Origin: Porphyridium purpureum | Lineage: Eukaryota | DNA: 64,000 bases | Direction of reading: 5' to 3' | Assembly: GCA_008690995.1 (NCBI GenBank) | Contig: VRMN01000004.1 | Span: forward strand, 558,001 to 622,000 | In this document: piece by piece, positions 42,411-52,394 of the stretch | Position numbering within the stretch: position 1 is the stretch's first letter | How the letters are laid out: each line of letters starts with the position of its first letter | The notes under the pieces: model-generated | What the model was told of the DNA's origin: nothing | Seen by the model: only the letters and a program-made list of their open reading frames with translations | Database searches by the model: none | Translations under genes and position numbers: made by a program

Positions 42411-45400
42411 AGAGGTTCCTCGGACAGTCAGAGGGAAAGGAGGCTCGCAGACGTTACGAGACCTCTAGGGGCGGCAATGGAGACCGCTGTGGTGGCCTTG
42501 GTAAGCCAAGGTCTGGCTGTCCGACGCCTTGTGGGCGAAACTCGAGCGCAAATCAGCCCGTGATCAAGGAACTTGGAGGAATGGGAGCTGCCATGCTTCT
42601 TCGAGTTCGAGGAAAAGTGCACAAGTCCGACGGAGAGGCCACGTTTTTGATTGACAGTGGCGCGACGGACAACTTTATGAGCGTGGACTTTGTGCTGAAA
42701 TCCGACGGCCTGAAGCAGAAGGCGTCGTGGAAGAGAGATCATGTGACCCTGGCAGACGGGTCTGTATTGGAGACAGCCGGAGAAGTCTCCAATGTCAAGT
42801 TTGAACTGAGCGATGGGTACTCAGGGGCCGCTAACTTTGCCATTTGCCGGATTGCGGGACAAGACGCAATCTTGGGCATGGAGTGGCTGAAGCGGGAGAA
42901 CCCAGTGATTGATTGGCAGTCTGGCATGTTGGCCTACGGAGAGAAGAAGGCCTGGAGCATGACGCAGATGCTGGTGCCACGGAAAGAGCTCCGTCGGCTG
43001 TTGAAGAGTCAAGAGGTAGAAGAGTGCTACCTCGGCGTGCTGAAAGGAAGGGAGGAGCCCTGTTCAGTGGAGCGCAAAGAAGCTGACTCTGTGAGAAAGA
43101 TGCTCAATGATTTCGAAAATCTGTTCGAGGAGCCGCGAGGGCTGCCTGAGAGCCGAACAGTGGAGCATGTGATCAGGCTGAAAGATGAGAAGCCTGTGAG
43201 AGTGGGCAGGGTCTACCGACTGAGCCCTGCGGAGTTGAAAGTCCTCCGAGAGACTTTGGATGACTTACTGGACAAAGGATTCGTCCAGCCGAGTCAGAGC
43301 CCGTTTGGAGCACCCGTGCTGTTCGTGAAGAAGAAAGACGGCAGCATGAGGATGTGCGTCGATTATCGGGCGTTGAACGACGCAACTGTGAAGGACCGGT
43401 ATCCGTTGCCGAACATGGATGAGTTGCTGGATCGACTGGGCGCAGCTCACTGTTTCTCAAAGTTGGATTTGGCATCGGGATACCACCAGTTGCGTGTTCG
43501 GAGAGAGGACGTGCCGAAGACCGCGTTCCAGACCAGGTACGGACAGTTCGAGTTCCGTGTGATGCCGTTTGGTCTTTGCAACGCGCCGGCAACATTTCAG
43601 AGGGCCATGAACGAGCTGTTTGCAGATCTGCTGGACAAGACCGTCATTGTCTACTTGGACGATATTTTGGTCTTTACGAAGGATAGGCAGTCGCACGGCG
43701 AGGTCCTGAAGGAAGTGTTGTCGCGCTTGCAAAAGGCGGGGTATCGGTTGAAGCGCAAGAAGTGCAGCTTCTTCGTTTCTGAAGTCGAATACCTGGGGAA
43801 CATTGTCGGCAACGGTTGCGTGAAGATGGATCCACGGAAGGTGGAAGCTTTGAGAGATTGGCCAGTGCCAAAGACGGTGACGGAGTTGAGATCCTTTTTG
43901 GGAATGACAAACTGGTTTCGCAGGTTTGTCAAAGGATACTCTACCGTGGTGGCGCCGCTGACTTCGCTGTTGCAGCACGCAAAGTCGAAGAAGCAGCTGA
44001 TCGAACTGGGAGATGAAGGCAAGTCGGCCTTCAAGAAGATTGTGGGGATGTTGACGGAAGCGCCGGTGTTGGCCTTGCCAGACCCTGAAAAGCCATTCGA
44101 GGTGTACACAGACCGCTCCGAAGTCGCGGTGGGGGGATGGCTGGCACAGGAAGGCAGACCGGTCGCGTTTACGTCAAGGAAGCTGCTGGACCGAGAGACC
44201 AGGTACAGCAGCTATGAAGGTGAGCTCATGGCCGTCATTCACTGTCTGCGAGAGTTTCGACCTTATCTGTACGGGGCAAAGTTTGTGCTTCATACAGATC
44301 ATGAGGCGTTGAAACATTTGATGACGCAGAAGGAGCTGAATGGCCGGCAAGCACGGTGGCTGGACTTTTTAGCCGAGTTTGATATCACAATCGACTACGT
44401 GAAGGGAAAGTCGAACGTGGTAGCCGATGCTTTGTCGAGGAAGCCGGAGTTGCACGCGCTAGAGTACCAAGTTCGGTGTGATGAATTTGGTACGGCTTTC
44501 CAGGCATTCGTGGGTTCGTACTCGAGTGACCCAGACTTTGGTACTTTGATGGGAGATTTACCGACCCACCAAGGTTTTCGAACCGAAGCTGGGCTCTTGT
44601 ACTTGAGGAATCGCGTTTGCGTGCCGAGGAAGTTCAGAGAGCGTATCATGCAGCTCCACCACGATATCCCGACAGCAGGGCACCGTGGAGCGGACACAAC
44701 TTATGCATCTTTGATAACTCGCTTCTACTGGCCAAAGATGAAGCGAGACGTGAGCCGTTTTGTGAAGACTTGTCACGAGTGCCAAGTGACAAAGTCAGAG
44801 AATCGGTCGTTTGGAAAGCTGAAGCCCTTGTCGATCCCAGAAGGACCTTGGGTCGACATCTCGATGGACTTTGTGACGGAGCTGCCTCGGAGCGAAGGCA
44901 GCTGTGATGCAATCATGACTGTGGTGGATCGCTATTCGAAGATGGCGCTGTTTATCCCGACGCGCAAGGACTTGACAGCAAAACGTTGTGCTGACTTGTT
45001 CGTGAAGCACGTCGTGAGCCGTTTCGGATACCCCAAGTCAATTGTATCGGACCGAGATCCGCTGTTTACGTCCACGTTTTGGCAGCAGTTGAGCAAGCGG
45101 GTGGGCATGAAGTTGGCTATGTCTACCGCCAACCACCCGCAGACTGATGGCCAAACTGAGCGAGTGAACCGGGTGATTCGGGAAATGCTCAAGTTAATGG
45201 CGACGAATAGTGGCTGGGTGCGAGACTTGCCGTTGTACGAGTTTGCGTACAACTCTGCACCAAGCAGTGCCACTGGATTCGCGCCGTTCAAAGTGGTATA
45301 TGGAAGGGATCCTTGGTTTCCACCGAGCGAAGGGTGGAGGCCTGCGCGCGACGGACAGACAAAGGACATGGCGGAGCACTGGTTTCGCCTGTGCAAAGTC

Positions 45401-45787
45401 CATGAAGAAGTCCGCGACAATTTGATCGAAGCCCAGGGGAGAATGCAGAAGTTCTTCGATCGACGCAAGGATGCCCGGGAGTTTCAAGTTGGTGATCAAG
45501 TGTTGGTCACGGCGCCGCAACTGCGGCCGAACAAGAGTGATTTGGAGGCACCAAAGTTTCTTGGTCCGGTGCCTGTCATTGAGAAGGTAAGCTCGCATGC
45601 TTACCGAGTGATTTTGCCCGAGGGTGTGGCTTGTCATGATGTTTTTCCGATCCAACATCTGAAGCCATACTATGGACGCGAAGACTACATGGCAGGGGAA
45701 AATGATGAAGAAGTACCCGACGACCTGCCAACGTCCGATTCTGAGCCAGACTTGTTGAAAATTATCGAAGAGTCTGACTCTGAATGA
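42296..45787 (+). CDS. pol: Element D Pol (PR, RT, RNase H, IN); -1 frame overlapping gag, candidate slip site G_AAA_AAC at 42389-42395
   Basis: LIDSGA, YLDD, RNase H and DDE integrase; collinear with and highly similar to A Pol. Confidence 0.97.
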   Translation: MLELWKAGAHRQEVSRGKEDYPPAGGRLAGVEKRGARVERFLGQSEGKEARRRYETSRGGNGDRCGGLGKPRSGCPTPCGRNSSANQPVIKELGGMGAAMLLRVRGKVHKSDGEATFLIDSGATDNFMSVDFVLKSDGLKQKASWKRDHVTLADGSVLETAGEVSNVKFELSDGYSGAANFAICRIAGQDAILGMEWLKRENPVIDWQSGMLAYGEKKAWSMTQMLVPRKELRRLLKSQEVEECYLGVLKGREEPCSVERKEADSVRKMLNDFENLFEEPRGLPESRTVEHVIRLKDEKPVRVGRVYRLSPAELKVLRETLDDLLDKGFVQPSQSPFGAPVLFVKKKDGSMRMCVDYRALNDATVKDRYPLPNMDELLDRLGAAHCFSKLDLASGYHQLRVRREDVPKTAFQTRYGQFEFRVMPFGLCNAPATFQRAMNELFADLLDKTVIVYLDDILVFTKDRQSHGEVLKEVLSRLQKAGYRLKRKKCSFFVSEVEYLGNIVGNGCVKMDPRKVEALRDWPVPKTVTELRSFLGMTNWFRRFVKGYSTVVAPLTSLLQHAKSKKQLIELGDEGKSAFKKIVGMLTEAPVLALPDPEKPFEVYTDRSEVAVGGWLAQEGRPVAFTSRKLLDRETRYSSYEGELMAVIHCLREFRPYLYGAKFVLHTDHEALKHLMTQKELNGRQARWLDFLAEFDITIDYVKGKSNVVADALSRKPELHALEYQVRCDEFGTAFQAFVGSYSSDPDFGTLMGDLPTHQGFRTEAGLLYLRNRVCVPRKFRERIMQLHHDIPTAGHRGADTTYASLITRFYWPKMKRDVSRFVKTCHECQVTKSENRSFGKLKPLSIPEGPWVDISMDFVTELPRSEGSCDAIMTVVDRYSKMALFIPTRKDLTAKRCADLFVKHVVSRFGYPKSIVSDRDPLFTSTFWQQLSKRVGMKLAMSTANHPQTDGQTERVNRVIREMLKLMATNSGWVRDLPLYEFAYNSAPSSATGFAPFKVVYGRDPWFPPSEGWRPARDGQTKDMAEHWFRLCKVHEEVRDNLIEAQGRMQKFFDRRKDAREFQVGDQVLVTAPQLRPNKSDLEAPKFLGPVPVIEKVSSHAYRVILPEGVACHDVFPIQHLKPYYGREDYMAGENDEEVPDDLPTSDSEPDLLKIIEESDSE

Positions 45788-45906
45788 CTTGGGAATTGTG
45801 AGAAGTTTGCTAGGCAGAGGTTTTCTCCCGGAGCGCGGGTTCCTCGAGCCAAGAATGCAACTTAGTTTGAAGTCTCGCCGAGACGTCGAGCCAAGAGGGG
45901 GGGAGA

Positions 45907-46222
45907 TGTTATCCGTTCGACCCCAGTCACCTAGAACGGTTCGGTTAATCCAAAACCGGTAAGCCGTTAAACCGGCAGACCGTTTAACCGTTTCTAGAAC
46001 CTTCTAGAGGTTCCAGAACCTTCTAGAGGTTCCAGAACCTTCTAGACGCGCGCAGAAATGCCAATGGTTTGCATTGTCATTTCTCTTGGCGCCTTGCTGT
46101 CCCTGGCGGAAGTAAGGGTATAAAAAGGCGACGCGCCTGCCCGGACTAGCCGGTCAGGTCTTGCTCGGAGAGAGAAGAGGTAAGAAGAAGAGAGAGAGAA
46201 TAAAGGCACAGCATTGGTAACA
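45907..46222 (+). repeat. Element D 3' LTR (316 bp)
   Basis: Direct repeat of 40716-41034. Confidence 0.96.
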
Positions 46223-47773
46223 GTTCGGCACTTGGAACCCGATTCCAATCTCCTTTGAATCAGCGAGGGCGGACCCTTCGGCTACCTTTGTCAACGCACA
46301 TTTCATTTACGCAATGAAACACGCGGAGTGCGACGTCGACAAGAGGATTGCAAAGGTTCGGCTGGTTGCGGCTGGCAACAATTTGCGTGATGTGGGGGGC
46401 GCGCTAACTCATCAGGACGTGCCATACGCAGCCCCGGCAAGCCTTGCGTCACTTCGTGTCACCGTGGCGCTTGCGGCTGCTCGCGGGCACAGTGTGGCAA
46501 AGCTAGACGTGACATCCGCATACCTACAGGTCCAACTCGGAGGACCGCCGGTATTCGTTCGACTGCCGAAGGAGCTTCCTGAGTCGCGAGATGGAGTATA
46601 TAGGCTGGAGAAGGCGCTGTATGGCCTCGAGCGCTCTGGTGCGGACTTCATAGCGGAGACCTCGAAGAAGCTACAAGCCCAGGGATGGCGTGAGGTTGCT
46701 CAGTCGTTGTTCGTACGCGATAGTACCACACTGTTGGCATACGTTGACGACTTTCTTTTGACCGGAGAGCAAGAAAGTGTGCGGCGTGCGATTTACAGAA
46801 ATTGTATGAGTTTGACAACGAGCCGGTTTTCTTGGAAGAAGATGCGCCACTCGTTTTCTTGGGAATAACTCTGCGACTGACCGCGGATTGGGTGCAGCTA
46901 GACCACACAGAGTATGCGCGCTACGCGTCACGGAACGCCTCTACGGGGCCCATGCGCAGGAAGGGACCGAGAACGCCGGACGTGGAGCCGGCCGTGGAGG
47001 AGTTCGAGGAGTCATTCGAAGATGACGGGCGAGCTCGCAAGGTCATTGGAGCTCTGCTTTGGCTTTCGCGTACAACTCGGCCGGATATTGCGCGTGCAAC
47101 GGCGCGAGTGGCTCGCTTTGTGGACAACTGGACACTCGGTGCGAGTCGCTTGCTCAAAAGACTCGAGGAGTATGTGTTGTGCAACCCCATCAGCGTGATT
47201 CGGTACCCCAGGCAACGAGTGATCGACAGCAGTTGCCGGGTTATCGCGTTCAGTGACTCAGACTTCGCGGGCGATTCTGCTGCAAAAGCGCGCAGTACAA
47301 GCGGGGCTGCATTTTTCTTGGAATTGGGCGGCGCAAGGTATCTCGTGGACTGGTCGAGCGGGCTCCAGCGAGCTGTGTCCACAAGCTCAGCGGAGGCGGA
47401 GCTTGTGGCGTTAGCGTCGGCTTGCAAGACAGTGTTCGCCGTCTTGGAAAGTCTACCGGAGCAAGACGGCACCAAGGTCGAGGTGGGTTCGGACAGTGCG
47501 GCGGCTTTGGGCGCCGTGCGCCGTGGATGGTCTGCAAAACTCGCGCATGCGCGCAGGACGCAAAGGGTCTGTGTCTCGTGGCTTCACGATCTGGAGGAGC
47601 AGCAGGGCTTCGTCTTCGTGTGGGTTCCTTCCGGGCGCAACGCCGCGGATATTTTCACCAAGAGCTTCGGTCCACTCGAATTCTTGCGTAAGATTGGGCT
47701 GTTGGAGAACGAACGGGTCTTTAGCAATAAGCTGGAGGAGGCGGCGAGCCCGGCTTCGATGGGGGCGCTGTAA
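46223..47773 (+). pseudogene. pol: Element B pol part 3: copia-type RT and RNase H, with a frameshift near 46790
   Basis: KVRLVAAG, LDVTSAYL, LEKALYGLERSG, YVDD; then in the shifted frame TRPDIA, FSDSDFAGD, STSSAEAE, ADIFTK. The stop lies inside the 3' LTR. Confidence 0.93.
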
Positions 47774-48097
47774 AATAGTCGGACCGTTTCGAAGTGGCGA
47801 CATAACGGTCCAGTGCCGCGCAGGCCTATGCGCGCGCATACGGCGGTTTCGGAGCCGTCCTCGCAACGGTCGGGTCGTGCAGAGCCCGTGGCTGGGTGGT
47901 AAGGCCCACCTCGTCGCCCTGCGCTGCAAAGGCGCATGCCGGGCTGGCGGGGTGTATAAAAGCAGCCACACCCGACGGCCGTCGCCTGGGTAGCTCTCTC
48001 ACAAGAGAAGACGCAAGGAAGAGGAGTAGGAGACAACGAGTAAACGGGTCGTCGGATAAAGACGAAGTTTAGAAAGCTCCCCGATTATTCCTTCACA
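47769..48097 (+). repeat. Element B 3' LTR
   Basis: Direct repeat of 30461-30789. Confidence 0.96.
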
Positions 48098-49342
48098 GTA
48101 TTGCGATCATTTCCAAAAGATAACGTTTCTGTGTTTGACTCCGGAAGCCAAGGGCCTTTCCAGGAAGCATAATCCATGTTAGGTCAGCACGATTTAAAGT
48201 CGGATTCTCAGACGCACATCACACAGAGTGCGAAGCCAGGGCCGACGGCGGGTAAGGCAGGCTGAAGAATATGGAAAATGCAAACCACGTTCGCTCCGGG
48301 AAGTTCACGGCTTTCCTGGACCATGAAAAACTAACGAAATATCGTTGGGTGTCGACATTGACGGCGCCAATTTTCCGAAATCCCGGTCCCATCGTTAACG
48401 GCGTAGTGGGCGGCGCGGGATCTTTCATTGCCAACATTTCAACGCCTGATAGCGAACGCCAGCAAAAAGATCAAGTGACGAGTTCATTCACTACTCTGTG
48501 CCTCGGAGAACAACTTGCTCGTACACCCGGCCCAAACGATCCGCCGGGAGAAGAAGAAATGACCCAAGTCATTTTACGCCTGGGAACGGGTAGCCAACCT
48601 CGGCCTAAACCCAAGCTTCGTTTACTGTTGCCAAATCATGGGCAAGACGGCAACAATGCTTCTTGCCTGCTTGTCCGCAAGTGTCTCCACCATCGACTCC
48701 GCCGCAAGTTCAACGAGATAGAGGACTTGCAACGGGTAAGCAACCAATGTTGAGACGTTGTCCGCGTGCTTGAAGAATCGCAACGCTGCAACGCGAAATT
48801 AGAATGCACAAGCTCAGCGTTCAGGGCGACTGCGGTAATTACTTATGCCGCACTACTTGAAGAGTGGTTACACCGACGATTTTTTTTCCTTGACCGCTGA
48901 TTCAGGCTACTCTACTGCCTTTTTCCGAAGAAGAACAACAAGAAGAACGCTTGGATGTGTGTGATAAAGTGGTGCGTGAATCAGCAGCCAGACTCGTGGA
49001 AAACCCGGGTTGCCACACGTGAGTCGCTCCTGTTCCGCGCTCGTTGCTGCATGGCCGAGACTACAACGAGTGCCGAACGACCACCGCTCCATCGCCACCT
49101 AACACGCTGCCGGCAAACGCCAATGCGGTTCGCTCGGGTGTTCACTGAACTGTACTTCGGAGATTGAGATTGAGTGGCGCGGTGCGCGGCGGGGAGGGCT
49201 AGTGTGGGGCGAGGGAGGAGAGCGGGGACGAGGAGGGGCTGCTGCGCTGGTGGACGAGTGCGCGGCGTGTGGAGGCGTGGGGTGGGCTGTTCTCGATCTG
49301 GATCTCGAACTCCGCCGCCGGACATACTCTGGGAAACACAAG

Positions 49343-50203
49343 ATGTCGGCTGGGTTTGCGTGGGGGTGCGTCGCAGCAGTGCAGAGCTCGGCGAGCGTGA
49401 GGACAGCGGCGTGTGTCACGCAGCGATCGTGTGGGTTTGTTGCGCGGAGGCGCGTGACCGTGGCCGTGCGGCCCGCGGCGTCTGCCAAGAGCGTCATGAT
49501 GGCTGACGTCGAGGAGCTCAAAAAGGTCGTCGGGTACAAGAGCGTGGATGATTACGTGAGTTCCGGTATGGTGGTCGGCCTGGGGACGGGCTCAACGGCC
49601 TACTTTGCTGTGGAGCGCCTCGGCCAGAAACTGGCTTCGGGTGAATTGAAGGACGTTGTCGCGATCCCCACGTCGCTTCGTACAAAGGAACAGGCAGAGT
49701 CGCTCAACATCCCGCTGGTCACTTTGGACACTCACCCAAAGCTTGACGTCGCGATTGATGGCGCTGATGAGGTCGACCCAGCGTTGAATCTCGTCAAGGG
49801 CCGTGGTGGCGCGCTGCTGCGTGAGAAGATGGTTGAGGTCATGGCCGATAAGTTCATTGTTATTGTTGATGACTCCAAACTCGTCGACGGGCTCGGTATT
49901 AGCGGCGCCATGCCGGTCGAGGTCACGCCGTTTTGCTGGGAGTTCACGCTGAATCGCCTCAAGCAGGCAAAGTCGCTGACTGGGTGTGATGCCAAGCTTC
50001 GCATGGCTGACGGGAAACCGTACGTCACGGACAATGATAACTACATTGTCGACCTTTACTTCACGGAGCCCATCAAGGACGCCCAGGCCGCGGCTACTGA
50101 GATTAACAGTATGGTGGGCGTCGTTGAGCATGGCTTGTTCTTGGATATGACGACTGCGGTTCTCATTGCGGGCAAGAATGGAGTAGAAGTCAAGCTGAAA
50201 TAA
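49343..50203 (+). CDS. rpiA: Ribose-5-phosphate isomerase A, likely plastid-targeted
   Basis: GLGTGSTA, DGADEVD, KGRGGALLREK, GVVEHGLF. Ala/Ser/Arg-rich leader from ATG 49343 (MSAGFAWG...). Confidence 0.96.
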   Translation: MSAGFAWGCVAAVQSSASVRTAACVTQRSCGFVARRRVTVAVRPAASAKSVMMADVEELKKVVGYKSVDDYVSSGMVVGLGTGSTAYFAVERLGQKLASGELKDVVAIPTSLRTKEQAESLNIPLVTLDTHPKLDVAIDGADEVDPALNLVKGRGGALLREKMVEVMADKFIVIVDDSKLVDGLGISGAMPVEVTPFCWEFTLNRLKQAKSLTGCDAKLRMADGKPYVTDNDNYIVDLYFTEPIKDAQAAATEINSMVGVVEHGLFLDMTTAVLIAGKNGVEVKLK

Positions 50204-50247
50204 ATTTCGCGGTAGTGATTCTGCAGTACGCTCAGAAATGAAGAAGA

Positions 50248-51156
50248 CTAGGCCTTCCATGTCACTGGGAAGTCTTCGTCTGGTAGTGTCACATCCGCGG
50301 CACTCGTACACGCTTCACTGTTTGGCGCAGTGATGTATGGCTTCCAGAGCTGGCTGTACTGCGCGTCTGCCCTGAAGCGGACATTTGCAGGTACGAAGTG
50401 CATCCCCAATCCTCTCCTGGGCTTTGTCGAACTCTGATTTTTCCCACTTCCGTGCCATGTTCGTCCATCATGCACTGCGATTCCTCCTGCTGTCATCCCA
50501 GCGAGCGACGCAAGCTTAATGTGCTCTTCTGCAATTCCGGCATGTCGCGCGGCGCGCACCAGTATTTCCCAGCCTCGATCCGAGTTGAAGAACTGCTTGG
50601 CGGCGCCTTGACGAGCGTCCGAGACAGCAGACTGCCAGACATGAGAGCCCCTGACGTACTCCAGCGGTCCGACTTCTTCGTCCATGTCGTCAAGCGCGAC
50701 CCACACGGTTGCAACATCCGAAGGGTCGAACATGAAATAAGGCGAGTCGCGATGAAATGCCAAGGGTGGAGCACCTGCTGGCTTCATCCAGACCTGGTCC
50801 TGCGCGAGACGCGCACCACCGTGCACGGGATTATCCCATCCTGCCAAATGGGCCACAATCTCACCGAGCCACTCGCTTGTGGCAAGGGCGCGAAACTCGG
50901 AGTCACACTTGTGCACGTTCACCACTTGGATGACTTTGGTGCTGCACTTTCGCTGCCGTTGTTGCGAGCTCCGCGAGTCAAGCTCCACTGGTGGAGCCTT
51001 GTCCGGTGCGCAGCCTCGATCATAACGGCCATCTAGCACATGCGCCAAGTGCAATTTTAATGCGTCCACCCGCTCACGATTCAGAAACTGCTGTGAATCC
51101 AACACCACAAAGCCATCACGAACAAACTGCTCGCGTAGGGCCTCGCGAGCCGCCAT
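50248..51156 (-). CDS. Phytanoyl-CoA dioxygenase (PhyH) family Fe(II)/2OG oxygenase
   Basis: FVRDGFVV, FHRDSPY (HxD), TVWVALDD, GPLEYVRGSH, HDGRTWHGSGKN..PRR. First ATG at 51156. Confidence 0.9.
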   Translation of the reverse strand: MAAREALREQFVRDGFVVLDSQQFLNRERVDALKLHLAHVLDGRYDRGCAPDKAPPVELDSRSSQQRQRKCSTKVIQVVNVHKCDSEFRALATSEWLGEIVAHLAGWDNPVHGGARLAQDQVWMKPAGAPPLAFHRDSPYFMFDPSDVATVWVALDDMDEEVGPLEYVRGSHVWQSAVSDARQGAAKQFFNSDRGWEILVRAARHAGIAEEHIKLASLAGMTAGGIAVHDGRTWHGSGKNQSSTKPRRGLGMHFVPANVRFRADAQYSQLWKPYITAPNSEACTSAADVTLPDEDFPVTWKA

Positions 51157-51410
51157 ACATTCCTGCTCTCCGGCCGGCTTGCTCAGGTAAGGTATCAGTC
51201 GCTCGGCGACCACAAGACCGAGATATTTGCGGCGCCTTGCATGTATTTCCAGATAGGAAGCCTTTTCACGCTCGAGTTCGCGTCACTCTCAAACATCAGA
51301 AAACGACGTCACTTGCTTGACCACTTCGAAGTGCGGACGTCGACGGCGACTTGAGGTTGGAAGGGCGAGACGGAGAGGCAGCGCGAAAGACAAGCAGGTG
51401 TGCACTAGAA

Positions 51411-52007
51411 ATGATGGCTTTCCTAGCGCCTGCGCACTGGAACCACGCGAATTCGCGCACGCATGAGCGGGACGTGGGAAAGTGCCCATGTGTTGGTCAG
51501 AGCGGAGGTGGGGTGAGGAAAACGCACAGCGCGGCTCTGTGGATGGCGTCATCGTCGTCATCTTCGTCGTCATCTTCAGCAGCGTCAGGTGCGAGGGTGA
51601 GAACGACTGGAGAGACGGCGAGCAGTGGGAGCGCAAATGCGCGCCGATACAATGTGACGGTTCACGACCCAAAGAAAAATGCGACATACTCTGTCCAGGT
51701 GCCTGAGGATCGCTACATCTGGCACGCGATGGAGGAGCAAGGGTACGATATCCCGGCATCGTGCAGGCACGGTTGCTGCACGACATGCGCCGTCAGGATT
51801 GAGTCAGGCGCCGTCCAGCAGGACCAGGCTCTAGGTTTGCTACGTGAAATGCGTGACCAGGGTTACGCGCTGCTGTGCGTGTCGTACCCAAAGTCCGACA
51901 TCGTCGCAACGCTTCAGGATGAGGACGAGGTCTACATCAAGCAATTCGGCGGTACTTTTGAACAGGGCGGGAAAGAATGGGGTGGTGTTTTTCTCGATGA
52001 GGACTAG
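51411..52007 (+). CDS. Plant-type 2Fe-2S ferredoxin with C-terminal extension (FdC2-like), transit peptide
   Basis: CRHGCCTTC...YALLCVSYP, tail QDEDEVY, Ser-rich N-terminal leader. Confidence 0.88.
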   Translation: MMAFLAPAHWNHANSRTHERDVGKCPCVGQSGGGVRKTHSAALWMASSSSSSSSSSAASGARVRTTGETASSGSANARRYNVTVHDPKKNATYSVQVPEDRYIWHAMEEQGYDIPASCRHGCCTTCAVRIESGAVQQDQALGLLREMRDQGYALLCVSYPKSDIVATLQDEDEVYIKQFGGTFEQGGKEWGGVFLDED

Positions 52008-52394
52008 ACATGTGCTCGACTTGAGGCAACGCGCACGGGAAGCAAAACTGTAGACATATGCTGCAAGCCATGACCCTTGTTGGCATGGATGCTGAATTAC
52101 AGCCTCGTTTTATGGTTGATGGAATACTCGTAGACCTGCGGACTTCCCTGAGTTGCATCAGTAATGGTGCTTTCAGTTACCTTCTCGGGCGCGACGTCAC
52201 GCTTTCTGCTCTCTGACGCTTTCATCTAGGAAGCCGTCCACCACCAGAGGCACGGGCTTAAGGAGCTTTCGGGGTAAATACTTGTCTGCTTCGGCGGCAC
52301 GCGCAATCGTACCATACTTTACCATTGGTCCTCTTCACTTGTTCTTCGACACGGACGAAACAGTAGCAGAAGAAAAACAAAAAAAAAACAAAAA

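Larger units (their letters stand above)
40716..46222 (+). mobile_element. Element D: intact Ty3/gypsy LTR retrotransposon (relative of A), 5-bp TSD GTTCG
   Basis: LTRs at 40716-41034 and 45907-46222; GTTCG at 40711-40715 and 46223-46227; PBS at 41037; PPT AAGAGGGGGGGAGA-like at ~45893-45906. Confidence 0.97.
30461..48097 (+). mobile_element. Element B: LTR retrotransposon with copia-order pol (PR-IN-RT-RH) and gypsy-type Gag/PR, disrupted by nested elements C and D (~4885 bp when restored)
   Basis: 329-bp LTRs TGTAAA...TTCACA at 30461-30789 and 47769-48097; flanking direct repeat GTATTGC at 30454-30460 and 48098-48104; PBS at 30791. The pol frame rejoins exactly across both insertion sites. 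Confidence 0.93.

Noticed and set aside
48180..48760. Possible tyrosine-recombinase/DIRS or other TE relic flanking the nest (also 29207-30453)
   Set aside because: Only a vague resemblance; no catalytic motif can be supported by eye.
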